A stretch of 64,000 nucleotides of DNA from a virus. The stretch covers positions 1 to 64,000 of IMG/VR virus record IMGVR_UViG_3300042691_053984; one strand, 5' to 3'. Positions 16,484 to 27,206 of the stretch are shown piece by piece. Under the pieces are notes generated by a model. The model ran no database searches. It had not been told where the DNA came from and saw nothing but the letters and a program-made list of their open reading frames with translations. A program made the position numbers and the translations under genes. Position 1 is the stretch's first letter, and every line of letters starts with the position of its first letter.

Positions 16484-19400
16484 TCAGACTTTCACGTATT
16501 CCACGTCGAACGTTACGTCTCTTCTCTGCGCCTGCACGAAGTAGAAGAAGTCGACGACCTCTCCTTCCACATGGAGCGTGATCCTCTCCGGTGACACTGA
16601 AGTCACGTAGAAAGACTGCATGCCTCCAATCGGGGTGATCTGCACAGTGACAGAGTCAGGGAACACGAGGTTTGTCCAGTACTCTGGGAGCACGATCTCC
16701 GTTGAGCTTGAACGTCCTCTCGCGTAGATACCATGCTCAGGTCCTTCAAGAGAGCCGTACTGTAGCTTCCAGCCTGGTTTGCTTGGGTGGTCGATGACGA
16801 AGCTCTTGGAGCTTGCCTTCAAGGACCCGCTGACAGTAAGGTCGCCGTCGAAGAGCGAGACGTTGGCGGCGCCTTGCGATCCGACGTAGAAGAACGTGTC
16901 GGAGTTCACTGAACCCGAACCGATCATCACGTGGCCTTCGTTCACGATGAAGATGTCTCTTCTTCCACCGCCTTCGCTACCGTTGCCCACCACGAGGAGA
17001 GAATCGGAGTTGTTCAGCTTGTTGTACTTTCCGAAAACGGCCTGCGCAGAGCCAGAGGCAACAACGTATTCGCCTGAGGCGAACGCGTAGTTGCCTGCCG
17101 CCACGGACCCGAGCCCCATCGTGGTTGATCCGTACCCACTTGCCAAGGTCGCGACACCACCAGCGTGTGAGAAGTTACCCAATGCGGTCGTATCTTTACC
17201 TTCAGCGTGAGAACCGATTCCCGTCGCCAATGAGCCGCTACCTTCGGCATGTGAGGCTTCACCGCGGGCTACTGTGAACACACCTTCAGCGTGTGACCAA
17301 GAGCCGGATGTTGTCGTCGCCTTACCTTCAGCATGTGACCATGAGCCAGAGGCAATCGTTGACCATCCTTCAGCGTGCGAGTAGTTGGCCGGAGCTGATG
17401 TCAAGAATCCTTCAGCGTGAGCCGCGACACCCATCGCCAATGAACCGCTGCCTTCCGCGTGAGAGCCTGCACCACCTGCCGTCGTCAAGTCACCTTCCGC
17501 GTGAGCGAACAGGCCTGACGCCAGAGAGAACCTGCCTTCCGCGTGAGCATAGTCGGCCGAGCCCGTCGACATGTAACCTTCCGCGTGAGAAGCCTCACCA
17601 ATCGCCACGGTCTCTCGTCCTTCCGCGTGGGCATAATCCCCGCCGGACCAGACATCTCCTGCACCCATGATGCCTGTCTTGGTATCATATCCTTCCGCGT
17701 GAGAACCTAAACCGAAGGCAATCGTGTTCCATCCTTCCGCGTGGGCGGAATCACCGCCTGACCACCCAGACGAACCTGAGGCACCTGTCTGGGTACTAGT
17801 TCCTTCCGCGTGAGAACCTCCACCGAAGGCAATCGTATTGCCTCCTTCTGCGTGAGCATCGTTTCCACCCACCCAGACATCATCTGCACCCATGACACCT
17901 GTCTTGGTGTTGTATCCTTCCGCGTGAGAGCTTTGACCGAAGGCAATCGTGTTCCATCCTTCCGCGTGGGCATAGTTGCCACCAGACCACCCAGACGAAC
18001 CTGAGGCACCTGTTTGGGTACTAGTTCCTTCAGCGTGAGAACCTGCACCGAAGGCAGTCGTGCTGTTTCCTTCTGCGTGGGCATAGTTACCACCCGTCCA
18101 GACATCATCTGCACCCATGACACCTGTCTTGGTCCCAGCTCCTTCCGCGTGAGAGCTTTGACCGAAGGCAGTCGTGCTCTCTCCTTCCGCATGGGCGGAA
18201 TCACCGCCAGACCACCCAGCTGAACCTGAGGCACCTGTCTTGGTATCATATCCTTCCGCGTGAGAACTTAGACCGAAGGCAATCGTGGTGCTGCCTTCCG
18301 CGTGGGCATTGCCTCCACCGCTCCGGACTCCTTCGTAGTTTGTTGCTCCAGTCTGGGTCTGATACCCTTCCGCATGGGACGAGAGACCCGTAGCAATGCT
18401 CAAATTCCCGTTCGCCAGCGAGCCCGTGAGGAACACCGTGCCTCCCGCGAAAGTGAAGGCCGAAGACGCCGCAAATGCACCACCGTTGTTGTACTGGATT
18501 CCGGTGTCCGGCGATCCAGGTGTCGTAGTCGCCGTGGACGTGATGGTCACTGCACCGTTCGACTCCGAAGAAATCGAGATGCCCGTTCCGGCGATGAGGT
18601 ACGAAGTTCCGTCTGCGAGCGTCGTCAGTGAACCTGACAGGCCCTCGTTGAACTTCACCGCACCTGTGAACGTCGAGCCTGAGATCGTGGCAACCACACT
18701 GTTGTTGACGCTGAGTGTGTAGGCGCCGTTTGCACCACTGTCTGTCGACACGAGGCCTGTGCCCATCGTCAGTTGACGCTCATTTGTGAGCGTTCCATCG
18801 TATCCCAAGGTCAGGTAAGATGCACCGACCGGTGCGCTCGATGGAACAGTCGCAGCGATTGTAACCGACCCGTTCGACTCAGTCGTCAGCGTGATGTTTG
18901 CCCCCGCCTTGAGGTAGTCGCTTCCGTCAGCCAGCTTCGTCAACGAACCGCTGAAGCCGAGGCTCGCAGTGATGATCGAGGCCTGCAGTTTGGCGACCTG
19001 AAGGTTGGAGTATGAAGTGAGTGCAACCGGTAAGCTGCCTGTCGCGGACGAAGCCGTCCTGCCCAGGGCAAACTCGTCGGCCGTCTCCTTCCACAGGAAG
19101 GCCACATTGTCCTCTCCCGATAGACCCATGATGAGACCTCTGTCACCGACAGGCGCCGCGATGGTACCTGAGGCAAAACCGAGACCGACCACGGAGTCAG
19201 ACACTTCGAGGTTCGTGGTGTTCACGGTGACGAACAATCCGTTTACGATGAGGTCACCTGCCACCACTGCGTTCTGCACGCTGAGGGTGTCCGTGTCCTT
19301 GTTGAAGGTGAAGGTTGAGTCACCCGCAAATGAATTGTTGTCGTTGAACTGGACCTGTGTCGTGGATCCACCCGCGTTCGTCGTGGCTGTCGAGGCGATC

Positions 19401-22400
19401 TCGATCCACCCACCTGAACCTGTCGTCACGGTGATGGCTGCACCCGCACGGATGTAGGACGTCCCGTCCACGAGCTGTGTCAGTGAGCCTGACAGGCCCT
19501 CGTTGAACTTCACCACACCTGTAAAAGTGGACCCAGAGATCGTAGCCACCACACTGTTGTTGATGCCCACCGTGTAGTTTCCGCCGAGACCGCCATCGGT
19601 TGATACGAGACCTGTACCCATGGTGAAGACGCGCTCATTCGTGAGGGCGCCGTTGAGTCCCAATGTCAGGTATGAAGCGCCGGCCGGTGCCAGTCCCGTC
19701 GTGGCAATTGTCACTGACCCATTTGACTCCGTCGTCAGTGCGATGTTGGCTCCTGCCTTGAGGTAGTCGCTATCGTCTGCAAGCTTTGTCAGAGAACCAG
19801 ATAGGCCTTCGTTGAACTTCACCACACCTGTGAAAGTGGACCCAGAGATCGTCGCCACCACACTGTTGTTGACACTGAGTGTATAGGCGCCGTTTGCTCC
19901 TCCGTCGTTAGAAAGAAGCCCTGTTCCCATCGTCAGTTGACGCTCATTCGTGAGCGTTCCATCGTATCCCAAGGTCAGGTAAGACGCGCCGACCGGAGCG
20001 CTTGATGGCACTGTTGCAGCGATCGTCACCGCGCCGTTTGACTCCGTCGTCAGTGTGATATTGGCACCTGCCTTGAGGTAGTCGCTTCCGTCAACCAACT
20101 TTGTCAGAGAACCACTGAAACCCAAGCTTGCAGTGATGATCGAGGCCTGTAGGTTGGCGACGTGAAGGTTCGAGTACGAGTTGAGAGAGATCGGTAGGCT
20201 GCCCGTCGAGCTGGCGCTCGTCCGACCCAACGCAAATTCATCAGCGACCTCCTTCCACAGCAATGCCACGTTATCCTCATTCTGCAGACCCATGATGAGG
20301 CCTCTATCACCTGCAGGTGCCGCGAGGGTGCCTGAGGCAAATCCGAGTCCGATCACCGAGTCTGATACTTCGAGGTTTGTGGAATTGACTGTGACGAATG
20401 TACCGTTGACCGTGAGGTCTCCGGCCACAATCACATTCTGCACGTTCAAGGTGTCAGTATCCTTGTTGAAGGTGAAGGTTGAGTCACCTGCGAAGGCATT
20501 GCTGTCGTTGAACTGTACCTGTGTCGTGGAACCGCCTGCGTTTGTCGTGGCCGTCGAGGCAATCTCGATCCAACCGCCCGAGCCCGTCGTCACAGTGATG
20601 GCTGCACCCGCACGGATGTAGGACGTGCCGTCCACGAGCTGTGTCAGTGAGCCTGACAGGCCCTCGTTGAACTTCACCACACCTGTGAAGGTTGATCCAG
20701 AGATCGTGGCCACCACATTGTTGTTGATTCCGATCGTGTAAGCACCGTTTGCTCCGCCGTCGGTGGACAAGAGACCTGTGCCCATCGTCAGTTGACGCTC
20801 ATTCGTGAGCGTTCCATCATAGCCCAACGTCAGGTAAGATGCACCGACCGGAGCGCTTGATGGCACCGTCGCAGCGATCGTAACTGACCCATTCGACTCC
20901 GTCGTCAAGGTGACGTTGGCACCTGCCCTCAGATAGTCGCTACCATCAACCAACTTCGTCAATGAACCGCTGAGGCCCACAGCAAACCTGCCTGTGCCTG
21001 ACACATAGGTGTTGCCTGCAAAGGTGGCCGTGTTTCTGGCTCCTTGCGTTCCTACGTACAGGAACGTGTCTGTACCCAGCGAGGCGGACCCGATCATCAC
21101 GTTGTCAGGGTTGACGAGGAAGATGTCGTTCCGGTCGTTGTTGGCAGTGCCATCTCCAACGATGAACAGGGAGTCTGTGTTACCCGTCTTGTTCCATCGA
21201 CCCACCACATTCTGGCCAACGCCTGCTGCGATAGTACCCACGCCTGCTGCGTGAGAGTAGTTGGCTGACGCAGTAGTCAGAGTGCCCTCTGCGTGTGAAG
21301 CTTGCCCCGAAGCCAGTGTGCGCCACCCTTCGGCATGCGCGGAATCACCTGACGCCGTGGTGAAGTAACCCTCTGCGTGAGAGTAGAAACCGGTAAATTC
21401 AGCACCTGCCAGGGTACCGTAACCCTCTGCGTGTGAATATTGACCTGCGGCAGTAGTGAAGCCACCTTCAGAGTGCGCATTAGAATTTGAGGCCGTAGTG
21501 TAATAACCCTCTGCGTGAGCCCACGAACCCTCTGAGAGAGAGCCAAATCCTTCCGCGTGAGAGAAGTTACCCAGTGCTCTCGTCCCGTCACCTTCTGCAT
21601 GGGAAGCCACACCTTCGGCAATGGAGTACCATCCTTCCGCATGAGAGTTCTGGCCCGAAGCGATGGACCCCTCACCGTTCGCTAGCGAACCAGTGAGGAA
21701 CACCGTGTTGCTGGCAAACGTAAAGTCAGCCGATGCCGCAAAGGCGCCGCCGCTGTTGAACTGGATGCCTGTCTCGGGGGATCCGGGCGTCGTGGTAGAC
21801 GTGATGGTCACCGCGCCGTTCGACTCCGACGTGACCGTGATCCCTGCACCTGCGCGCAGGTAGGACGTCCCGTCCGTAAGAGTTGTCAGAGAACCAGATA
21901 AACCTTCATTGAACTTCACTGCGCCCGTGAAGGTTGAACCAGAGATCGTCGCCACCACACCGTTGTTGATGCCCACGGTAAAGTTTCCACCTGCACCACC
22001 GTCAGTGGCAACAAGACCCGTTCCTGCCGTAAAAACCCTCTCATTGTCGAGGCTTGCGTCTGACGCAAGCGTCAAGAACTGAGCAGTCGGTGCAGCGCCT
22101 CCCGCAGCCGAGATCGTCACCTGACCCAACCCACCAGTTGTCAACGTGATGTTGGCGCCTGCCCTGAGGTAGTCGCTGCCGTCAACCAACTTCGTCAGAG
22201 AACCGCTGAAGCCCAGGCTTGCCGTGATGATGGCACCCTGGATGTTGGCGACTCGTAGGTTTGCGTAGGAAGAAAGCGCGACCGGAAGGCTTCCCGTGGC
22301 CGAAGATGCAGTCCTGCCCAACGCAAATTCATCTTGTGCCTCCTTCCACAGGAGGGCCACGTTGTCCTCGTTGCTGAGGCCCATGATGAGGCCCCTGTCA

Positions 22401-22927
22401 CCCACCGGGGCTGCGATTGTGCCGGACGCAAATCCCAGACCGACGACGGAGTCGTTCACCTCGAGGTTCGTGGTGTTGACAGTGACGAACGTTCCGTTCA
22501 CCGTGAGGTCGCCCGCGACCACCACGTTTTGTACACTGAGGGTGTCAGTGTCCTTGTTGAAAGTGAACGTGGAATCTCCGCCAAAGGTTCCACCGTCGTT
22601 AAATTGGACGCCGTTTGAGGTGGCTGCAGGGGCCACCGTGGATGCGATCGTGACCGCGCCGTTCGACTCCGTCGTCAGCGAGATGCCCGCTCCTGCGCGG
22701 AGGTAGTCGCTGCCGTCGTCGAGCTTCGTCAACGAACCCGTGAGGCCTTGAGCCACGACGAGTGGCCCCCCCTCGAATGTGAAAGCCTGACCTGTTTCGT
22801 CAAGCGTGAATGTCATGGCGCCTTGCGCGCCGATCGTGAGACTTGAAGTCCCACCAGCTGAACCGGTGAACTCGACGCGCGGATCGCCGCCCGTCAACCT
22901 ACCTGGTTTAATGATTAAGTCTGACAT
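16484..22927 (-). CDS. long modular tail fibre/adhesin, 2147 aa
   Basis: Ten SGSLTxLxDG modules, two blocks of (S/A)HAEG repeats, C-terminal KSFVIDHP...SLEGPE domain. Confidence 0.85.
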   Translation of the reverse strand: MSDLIIKPGRLTGGDPRVEFTGSAGGTSSLTIGAQGAMTFTLDETGQAFTFEGGPLVVAQGLTGSLTKLDDGSDYLRAGAGISLTTESNGAVTIASTVAPAATSNGVQFNDGGTFGGDSTFTFNKDTDTLSVQNVVVAGDLTVNGTFVTVNTTNLEVNDSVVGLGFASGTIAAPVGDRGLIMGLSNEDNVALLWKEAQDEFALGRTASSATGSLPVALSSYANLRVANIQGAIITASLGFSGSLTKLVDGSDYLRAGANITLTTGGLGQVTISAAGGAAPTAQFLTLASDASLDNERVFTAGTGLVATDGGAGGNFTVGINNGVVATISGSTFTGAVKFNEGLSGSLTTLTDGTSYLRAGAGITVTSESNGAVTITSTTTPGSPETGIQFNSGGAFAASADFTFASNTVFLTGSLANGEGSIASGQNSHAEGWYSIAEGVASHAEGDGTRALGNFSHAEGFGSLSEGSWAHAEGYYTTASNSNAHSEGGFTTAAGQYSHAEGYGTLAGAEFTGFYSHAEGYFTTASGDSAHAEGWRTLASGQASHAEGTLTTASANYSHAAGVGTIAAGVGQNVVGRWNKTGNTDSLFIVGDGTANNDRNDIFLVNPDNVMIGSASLGTDTFLYVGTQGARNTATFAGNTYVSGTGRFAVGLSGSLTKLVDGSDYLRAGANVTLTTESNGSVTIAATVPSSAPVGASYLTLGYDGTLTNERQLTMGTGLLSTDGGANGAYTIGINNNVVATISGSTFTGVVKFNEGLSGSLTQLVDGTSYIRAGAAITVTTGSGGWIEIASTATTNAGGSTTQVQFNDSNAFAGDSTFTFNKDTDTLNVQNVIVAGDLTVNGTFVTVNSTNLEVSDSVIGLGFASGTLAAPAGDRGLIMGLQNEDNVALLWKEVADEFALGRTSASSTGSLPISLNSYSNLHVANLQASIITASLGFSGSLTKLVDGSDYLKAGANITLTTESNGAVTIAATVPSSAPVGASYLTLGYDGTLTNERQLTMGTGLLSNDGGANGAYTLSVNNSVVATISGSTFTGVVKFNEGLSGSLTKLADDSDYLKAGANIALTTESNGSVTIATTGLAPAGASYLTLGLNGALTNERVFTMGTGLVSTDGGLGGNYTVGINNSVVATISGSTFTGVVKFNEGLSGSLTQLVDGTSYIRAGAAITVTTGSGGWIEIASTATTNAGGSTTQVQFNDNNSFAGDSTFTFNKDTDTLSVQNAVVAGDLIVNGLFVTVNTTNLEVSDSVVGLGFASGTIAAPVGDRGLIMGLSGEDNVAFLWKETADEFALGRTASSATGSLPVALTSYSNLQVAKLQASIITASLGFSGSLTKLADGSDYLKAGANITLTTESNGSVTIAATVPSSAPVGASYLTLGYDGTLTNERQLTMGTGLVSTDSGANGAYTLSVNNSVVATISGSTFTGAVKFNEGLSGSLTTLADGTSYLIAGTGISISSESNGAVTITSTATTTPGSPDTGIQYNNGGAFAASSAFTFAGGTVFLTGSLANGNLSIATGLSSHAEGYQTQTGATNYEGVRSGGGNAHAEGSTTIAFGLSSHAEGYDTKTGASGSAGWSGGDSAHAEGESTTAFGQSSHAEGAGTKTGVMGADDVWTGGNYAHAEGNSTTAFGAGSHAEGTSTQTGASGSSGWSGGNYAHAEGWNTIAFGQSSHAEGYNTKTGVMGADDVWVGGNDAHAEGGNTIAFGGGSHAEGTSTQTGASGSSGWSGGDSAHAEGWNTIAFGLGSHAEGYDTKTGIMGAGDVWSGGDYAHAEGRETVAIGEASHAEGYMSTGSADYAHAEGRFSLASGLFAHAEGDLTTAGGAGSHAEGSGSLAMGVAAHAEGFLTSAPANYSHAEGWSTIASGSWSHAEGKATTTSGSWSHAEGVFTVARGEASHAEGSGSLATGIGSHAEGKDTTALGNFSHAGGVATLASGYGSTTMGLGSVAAGNYAFASGEYVVASGSAQAVFGKYNKLNNSDSLLVVGNGSEGGGRRDIFIVNEGHVMIGSGSVNSDTFFYVGSQGAANVSLFDGDLTVSGSLKASSKSFVIDHPSKPGWKLQYGSLEGPEHGIYARGRSSSTEIVLPEYWTNLVFPDSVTVQITPIGGMQSFYVTSVSPERITLHVEGEVVDFFYFVQAQRRDVTFDVEYVKV
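17460..18360 (-). repeat. coding tandem repeat, alternating two long HAEG unit types
   Basis: ASGS(S/A)GWSGG and (V/I)MGA(D/G)DVW(T/V/S)GG units alternate three times; near-identical DNA at ~17771/~17996 and ~17878/~18100. Confidence 0.85.
18620..22620 (-). repeat. dispersed long internal repeats in the fibre gene
   Basis: Three copies of a ~140 aa unit (GDSTFTFNKDTDTL...IITASLGF) near 18930-19350, 20090-20520 and 22190-22610; five copies of an (S/Q)(Y/F)LTL...VVATISGSTFTG unit. Confidence 0.85.
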
Positions 22928-22959
22928 GATGAGTGTTTCTCCCTTTGTGATTTGTTTGG

Positions 22960-25900
22960 TTAACCTTCGTACTCAACATCAAAAGTAAAGTCTGTTCTCT
23001 CTGCCTGGGCCTTGTAATAATATTCGATGTCGTTATCCAGGCATTCGACACTGAATTCTGAGATAGAGGTTGTAACCACGTAAATGACACTAGGAGACCC
23101 GATGGGTGTGAGGTGGACAGTGATGGAAGATTCGTCCACGAGGTTTTTCCAATATTCCGGTAGCTTGACAGTTCTTTCCTTCGTTCGACCCCTCACGTAC
23201 ACACCGTTCTCTGGTCCCTCAAGCGTCCCGTGACGCAGTTTCCAACCTGGTTTGTTTGGGTGTTCAATGACGAAGCTCTTCACGGTGGCGGCAAACTCAC
23301 CGTTCACTTCAAGTGCGTAATTTGGTGTGGAGGTATTGATACCTACCTTTGAATTGACGACAGACAATGTGCTGACGTTGTTACCATTCTTGACGTCAAG
23401 CGTGCCGCTGACGACCATATTTCCGTCGAAACGAGCGTTTGCGGCGGTTCCTTTTGTGCCCACATAGAAGAAAGTGTCGGGTGCTAGCGAGGCCGAACCA
23501 ACCATGACGGAACCGGAGTTGACGAGGAATATGTTACTTCTTTCTCCCAAACTACTGAACGGGCCTAAAGTGTTGGTTGGGGTCGGGTACCAGCCGTCCC
23601 CGTTGCCAACAATGAACAGGGAATCAGTATTCAGTCTGTTATATTTACCCACCACGGTCTGGTGGTTTCCCTGCGCAAAGGTGTACAAACCTCCTGCGTG
23701 CGAGTATTCTCCGAAAGCAAGGCATCCTTGGCCTTCTGCGTGAGAGTAATTGCCATAAGCGCGAGTGTACTGGCCTTCTGCGTGAGAAAAATTACCCGAT
23801 GCAGTCGTAATGCTGCCCTCTGTGTGGGAACCTTGACCAGACGCGAGTGTGTACGTGCCCTCTGCGTGGGCGGCGAAGGCGGATGCTGTGGTGAACCAAC
23901 CTTCGGCGTGAGAAGAACCACCTTGGGCTAACGTGTCAATGCCTTCGGCATGATCGCCGCTCGCTGCGGCACGAGTACGTACGCCTTCCGCGTGAGTGTA
24001 TGGTGCAGACGCCGTGGTGAGCCAACCTTCGGCGTGAGAGTAGTTGCCTTGCGCAAGAGTCAACCGGCCTTCGGCATGTGACCATTGACCTGAAGCAAGT
24101 GAACCTGAGCCCTCTGCGTGTGCGCCAAGGCCTGAGGCAACAGTGTTACCTCCTTCAGAGTGTGAGAATTGACCTGAAGCAAGTGAACCTGAGCCTTCCG
24201 CGTGGGCGGCCTGACCTTGTGCAACGTTTCTGAAACCTCTTGAGTGAGAGAAATCACCGGACGCTGTGGTGAGGTAGCCTTCCGAGTGAGCAGCCTGTCC
24301 TTGTGCCGTTGTCAACTCACCTTCTGCGTGAGAGAAATCACCGGACGCTACGGTGCGATAACCCTCAGTGTGAGCAGTCTGCCCTGATGCCACCGTCTCC
24401 TCTCCTTCTGCGTGCGCAAAAGAATTTGAAGCCGTCGTGAAGTAACCTTCTGCGTGAGAGTAGATGCCTTCCGCAAGCGTAAATTCTCCCTCTGCATGTG
24501 AGCCCAGGCCGGTTGCACGTGTCGAGTCTCCTTCGGCGTGGGCGTACCAGTCCGACGCCGTGGTGAAGTAACCTTCTGCGTGAGAGTAGTTGCCCTGCGC
24601 AAGCGTTTGCCAACCCTCCGCATGCGCGCTGATGCCCACTGCTACCGTGAGCAGACCTTCCGCGTGTGTGGCGCGTCCTTCTGCACGTGTCTTCTCTCCT
24701 TCTGCGTGCGCAGCGAGGGCACTGGCTGTTGTGTACAACCCCTCGGTGTGAGAGTAGGTGCCGTCAGCCCAAGTCCTATATCCTTCTGAGTGTGCACCAA
24801 AGCCGTCTGCAATGGTCTCGTGACCCTCTGCATGTGCAGAGGTATTTGAAGCCGTAGAAAGAAAACCCTCGGCGTGTGAATAGGGGCCTTGCGCGTGCGT
24901 CTGTTGACCCTCGGCGTGAGAATATACTCCCTCAGCTAAAGTGTTGTCTCCGATGGATAGCGACCCAGTCAAGAAAACAGTGTCGCTTGCAAATGTGAAA
25001 TTCGCGGTCGCGGCAAATACGCCGCCATTGTTAAATTGTATACCTGTGTCGGGGGCGCCGGGCGGCGTGCCCACAGCAGACGTGATAGTGATCGCCCCAT
25101 TAGATTCCGAGGTGATCGAGATTCCCGCTCCCGCAATCAGGTACGATGTACCGTCAATAAGCTGGGTGAGTGAGCCGCTTAGGCCCACCTCAAACCGGCC
25201 AGTTCCCGACACGTATGTATCACCCGCAAATGTGGCCGTCGTGGCCGAGCCCTGCGTTCCCACATAAAAGAAAGTATCTGTACCTATCGATGAAGATCCT
25301 ACCATCACCGAATCAGGATTTACGAGTAAGATGTCACGACGGTTGGCGTTCGAATCCCCGGTGCCATTTCCCACGACGAAGAGAGAATCCTCATTGTCAC
25401 GCTTGTTGTACTTTCCGACGACAGTCTGGCCTGAACCAGAGGCGATGGTAAACACGCCGCCTGCATGAGAGTAGGTGCCTACTGCCTCTGAACCCCAACC
25501 CTCGGCATGCGAAGCGCCTCCAGAGGCCGTTGCGTAAAATCCTTCGGCGTGAGCGTAGTTCCCAAGGGCCCGAGTCCTATATCCCTCAGAGTGAGATCCG
25601 CCTCCCTCTGCGTGGGTGTACTCACCCTCAGCGTGAGAAGAATCACCCGATCCTGTGGTAAAAAGGCCCTCAGAGTGAGATTGCTCTCCTGAAGCCAGTG
25701 TGTACCAGCCCTCTGCGTGGGCACGAATCTCTGATGCCACAGTTAGCGTGCCCTCGGCGTGCGTCGCCATGGCAGACGCACGTGTAGACCATCCCTCTGC
25801 GTGCGAAAAGATGCCAGACGCAGTCGTTAAATATCCCTCAGAGTGAGCAGAGTCCCCGGAAGCAAGTGTATTATCTCCCTCTGCGTGCGCGCCCCCTCCT

Positions 25901-26718
25901 GTCGTTCTTGTTGCAAAGCCTTCTGCGTGGGATAGGTTTCCTTCTGCCCTTGTGCTTGCACCCTCTGCGTGAGAATAATCACCTTGAGCCGTTGTTTCTT
26001 GACCTTCTGCGTGAGAAGCCTGCCCAAGAGCAAACGCATTCCAGCCTTCTGCGTGAGCGTAGATGGCGGAAGCTGTCGTTAGATAACCCTCAGTGTGAGA
26101 GGCCTCCCCTGACGCAAGGGTCTTGAATCCCTCGGCGTGGGCGTAATCTCCACGGGTCGTCGTGTTGTAACCCTCGGCATGCGAAAATCCCCCCTGGCCT
26201 ATCGTGCCTGTGCCCGCCCGAGAAAGCTCACCCTCTGCGTGTGCATAATAATTTGAAGCCGTGGTGCGATAACCCTCAGCGTGAGAAGCTGCGCCTGCTG
26301 CAAGCGTAAATTCTCCCTCTGCATGTGAGTACTGGCCTGCTGCGGTAGAGACATTTCCCTGTGCCAGTGTTCCCGTCAGGTACAGGTTGCCGCTCACGAA
26401 AGTGAACGCAGAAGAGCCGAGGAAGTAACCGCCACCATTATACTGCACGCTATTGACGGGAAGACTCAAGTCTCCTGATGGGCCTGACGCGAGGGGGATG
26501 GAAGATCCCCAGGGACCTTCATCAGAGGGCTTGGGGCCGTACAGGTTCCAGGCCGACGTATCTATATAGAGGTCGTCTACCAATCCCAACGTGTCTGCAG
26601 GAGGTCCCACACCGTTCAATATCGTATTACACACTGCACATGCGTCGCCGGATTCCCTTGGGACCTCTCTGCGATACGAATACGTCTTTTTGTAGCGGGT
26701 CGCGTCTCTTCTAACCAT
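22960..26718 (-). CDS. tail fibre/adhesin, 1252 aa
   Basis: Two long runs of 14-aa HAEG repeats; C-terminal KSFVIEHP...TLEGPE domain shared with the 2147 aa protein. Confidence 0.85.
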   Translation of the reverse strand: MVRRDATRYKKTYSYRREVPRESGDACAVCNTILNGVGPPADTLGLVDDLYIDTSAWNLYGPKPSDEGPWGSSIPLASGPSGDLSLPVNSVQYNGGGYFLGSSAFTFVSGNLYLTGTLAQGNVSTAAGQYSHAEGEFTLAAGAASHAEGYRTTASNYYAHAEGELSRAGTGTIGQGGFSHAEGYNTTTRGDYAHAEGFKTLASGEASHTEGYLTTASAIYAHAEGWNAFALGQASHAEGQETTAQGDYSHAEGASTRAEGNLSHAEGFATRTTGGGAHAEGDNTLASGDSAHSEGYLTTASGIFSHAEGWSTRASAMATHAEGTLTVASEIRAHAEGWYTLASGEQSHSEGLFTTGSGDSSHAEGEYTHAEGGGSHSEGYRTRALGNYAHAEGFYATASGGASHAEGWGSEAVGTYSHAGGVFTIASGSGQTVVGKYNKRDNEDSLFVVGNGTGDSNANRRDILLVNPDSVMVGSSSIGTDTFFYVGTQGSATTATFAGDTYVSGTGRFEVGLSGSLTQLIDGTSYLIAGAGISITSESNGAITITSAVGTPPGAPDTGIQFNNGGVFAATANFTFASDTVFLTGSLSIGDNTLAEGVYSHAEGQQTHAQGPYSHAEGFLSTASNTSAHAEGHETIADGFGAHSEGYRTWADGTYSHTEGLYTTASALAAHAEGEKTRAEGRATHAEGLLTVAVGISAHAEGWQTLAQGNYSHAEGYFTTASDWYAHAEGDSTRATGLGSHAEGEFTLAEGIYSHAEGYFTTASNSFAHAEGEETVASGQTAHTEGYRTVASGDFSHAEGELTTAQGQAAHSEGYLTTASGDFSHSRGFRNVAQGQAAHAEGSGSLASGQFSHSEGGNTVASGLGAHAEGSGSLASGQWSHAEGRLTLAQGNYSHAEGWLTTASAPYTHAEGVRTRAAASGDHAEGIDTLAQGGSSHAEGWFTTASAFAAHAEGTYTLASGQGSHTEGSITTASGNFSHAEGQYTRAYGNYSHAEGQGCLAFGEYSHAGGLYTFAQGNHQTVVGKYNRLNTDSLFIVGNGDGWYPTPTNTLGPFSSLGERSNIFLVNSGSVMVGSASLAPDTFFYVGTKGTAANARFDGNMVVSGTLDVKNGNNVSTLSVVNSKVGINTSTPNYALEVNGEFAATVKSFVIEHPNKPGWKLRHGTLEGPENGVYVRGRTKERTVKLPEYWKNLVDESSITVHLTPIGSPSVIYVVTTSISEFSVECLDNDIEYYYKAQAERTDFTFDVEYEG

Positions 26719-26790
26719 ATGTGAGCCTCATGATTTCCACATAATTATCATCTTCTGACGATATAAAACCAAATTACTGGTATAGATATG

Positions 26791-27132
26791 AACATGAAGA
26801 TCACAATAAATGAACTGCGTAAAATTGTCAGAAGCGTTGTCAGCGAATGCTATGGTTGGCCCGTGGAATCTGAAGCACCGCTTTACGGTGTCAAGGGCAC
26901 GGTGGGCAAGCCTTCGAAGCACGACCCCAAGAACTCCGCGTTACGCGTTCCAAAGGGCCGAAATTCCAGGATGAACGAGTCGTTCACCAAGATCTCACCC
27001 CGCGAAATCGCTGAGTGGCGCAAGGGAAACCTCGGCTACATCCAGGAGAACGACGAGGTGACCGAGGGTTCCTGCTCCGAGTGCGGCGGTGGCATGATCG
27101 AGGGTGAGTGCTCCGAGTGCGGCGCCTACTGA
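26791..27132 (+). CDS. hypothetical protein with MKITINEL leader and C-terminal CxxC pair
   Basis: MKITINELRKIVRSVVSE...CSECGGGMIEGECSECGAY. Confidence 0.7.
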   Translation, partial: NMKITINELRKIVRSVVSECYGWPVESEAPLYGVKGTVGKPSKHDPKNSALRVPKGRNSRMNESFTKISPREIAEWRKGNLGYIQENDEVTEGSCSECGGGMIEGECSECGAY

Positions 27133-27176
27133 GGCAAGACCTCCCCCGTAAAAAAGCGGCGACTCTTCACTTTTCT

Positions 27177-27206
27177 GTGAACAATCCTGAGATCTCGTGT
27201 TATAAC
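27177..27206 (+). promoter_or_regulatory. putative promoter of the tRNA cluster
   Basis: GTGAACA-17 nt-TATAAC about 50 nt before tRNA-Thr. Confidence 0.6.

Noticed and set aside
16484-22927. Template/variable repeat pairs of a diversity-generating retroelement
   Set aside because: No reverse transcriptase in the window, and differences between copies are not adenine-specific by eye.
17200-26350. Regularly spaced repeats suggesting a CRISPR array
   Set aside because: They are in-frame 42-nt HAEG coding units with synonymous variation, not invariant repeats with unique spacers; no cas operon (the Cas4-like gene is a stand-alone phage nuclease).
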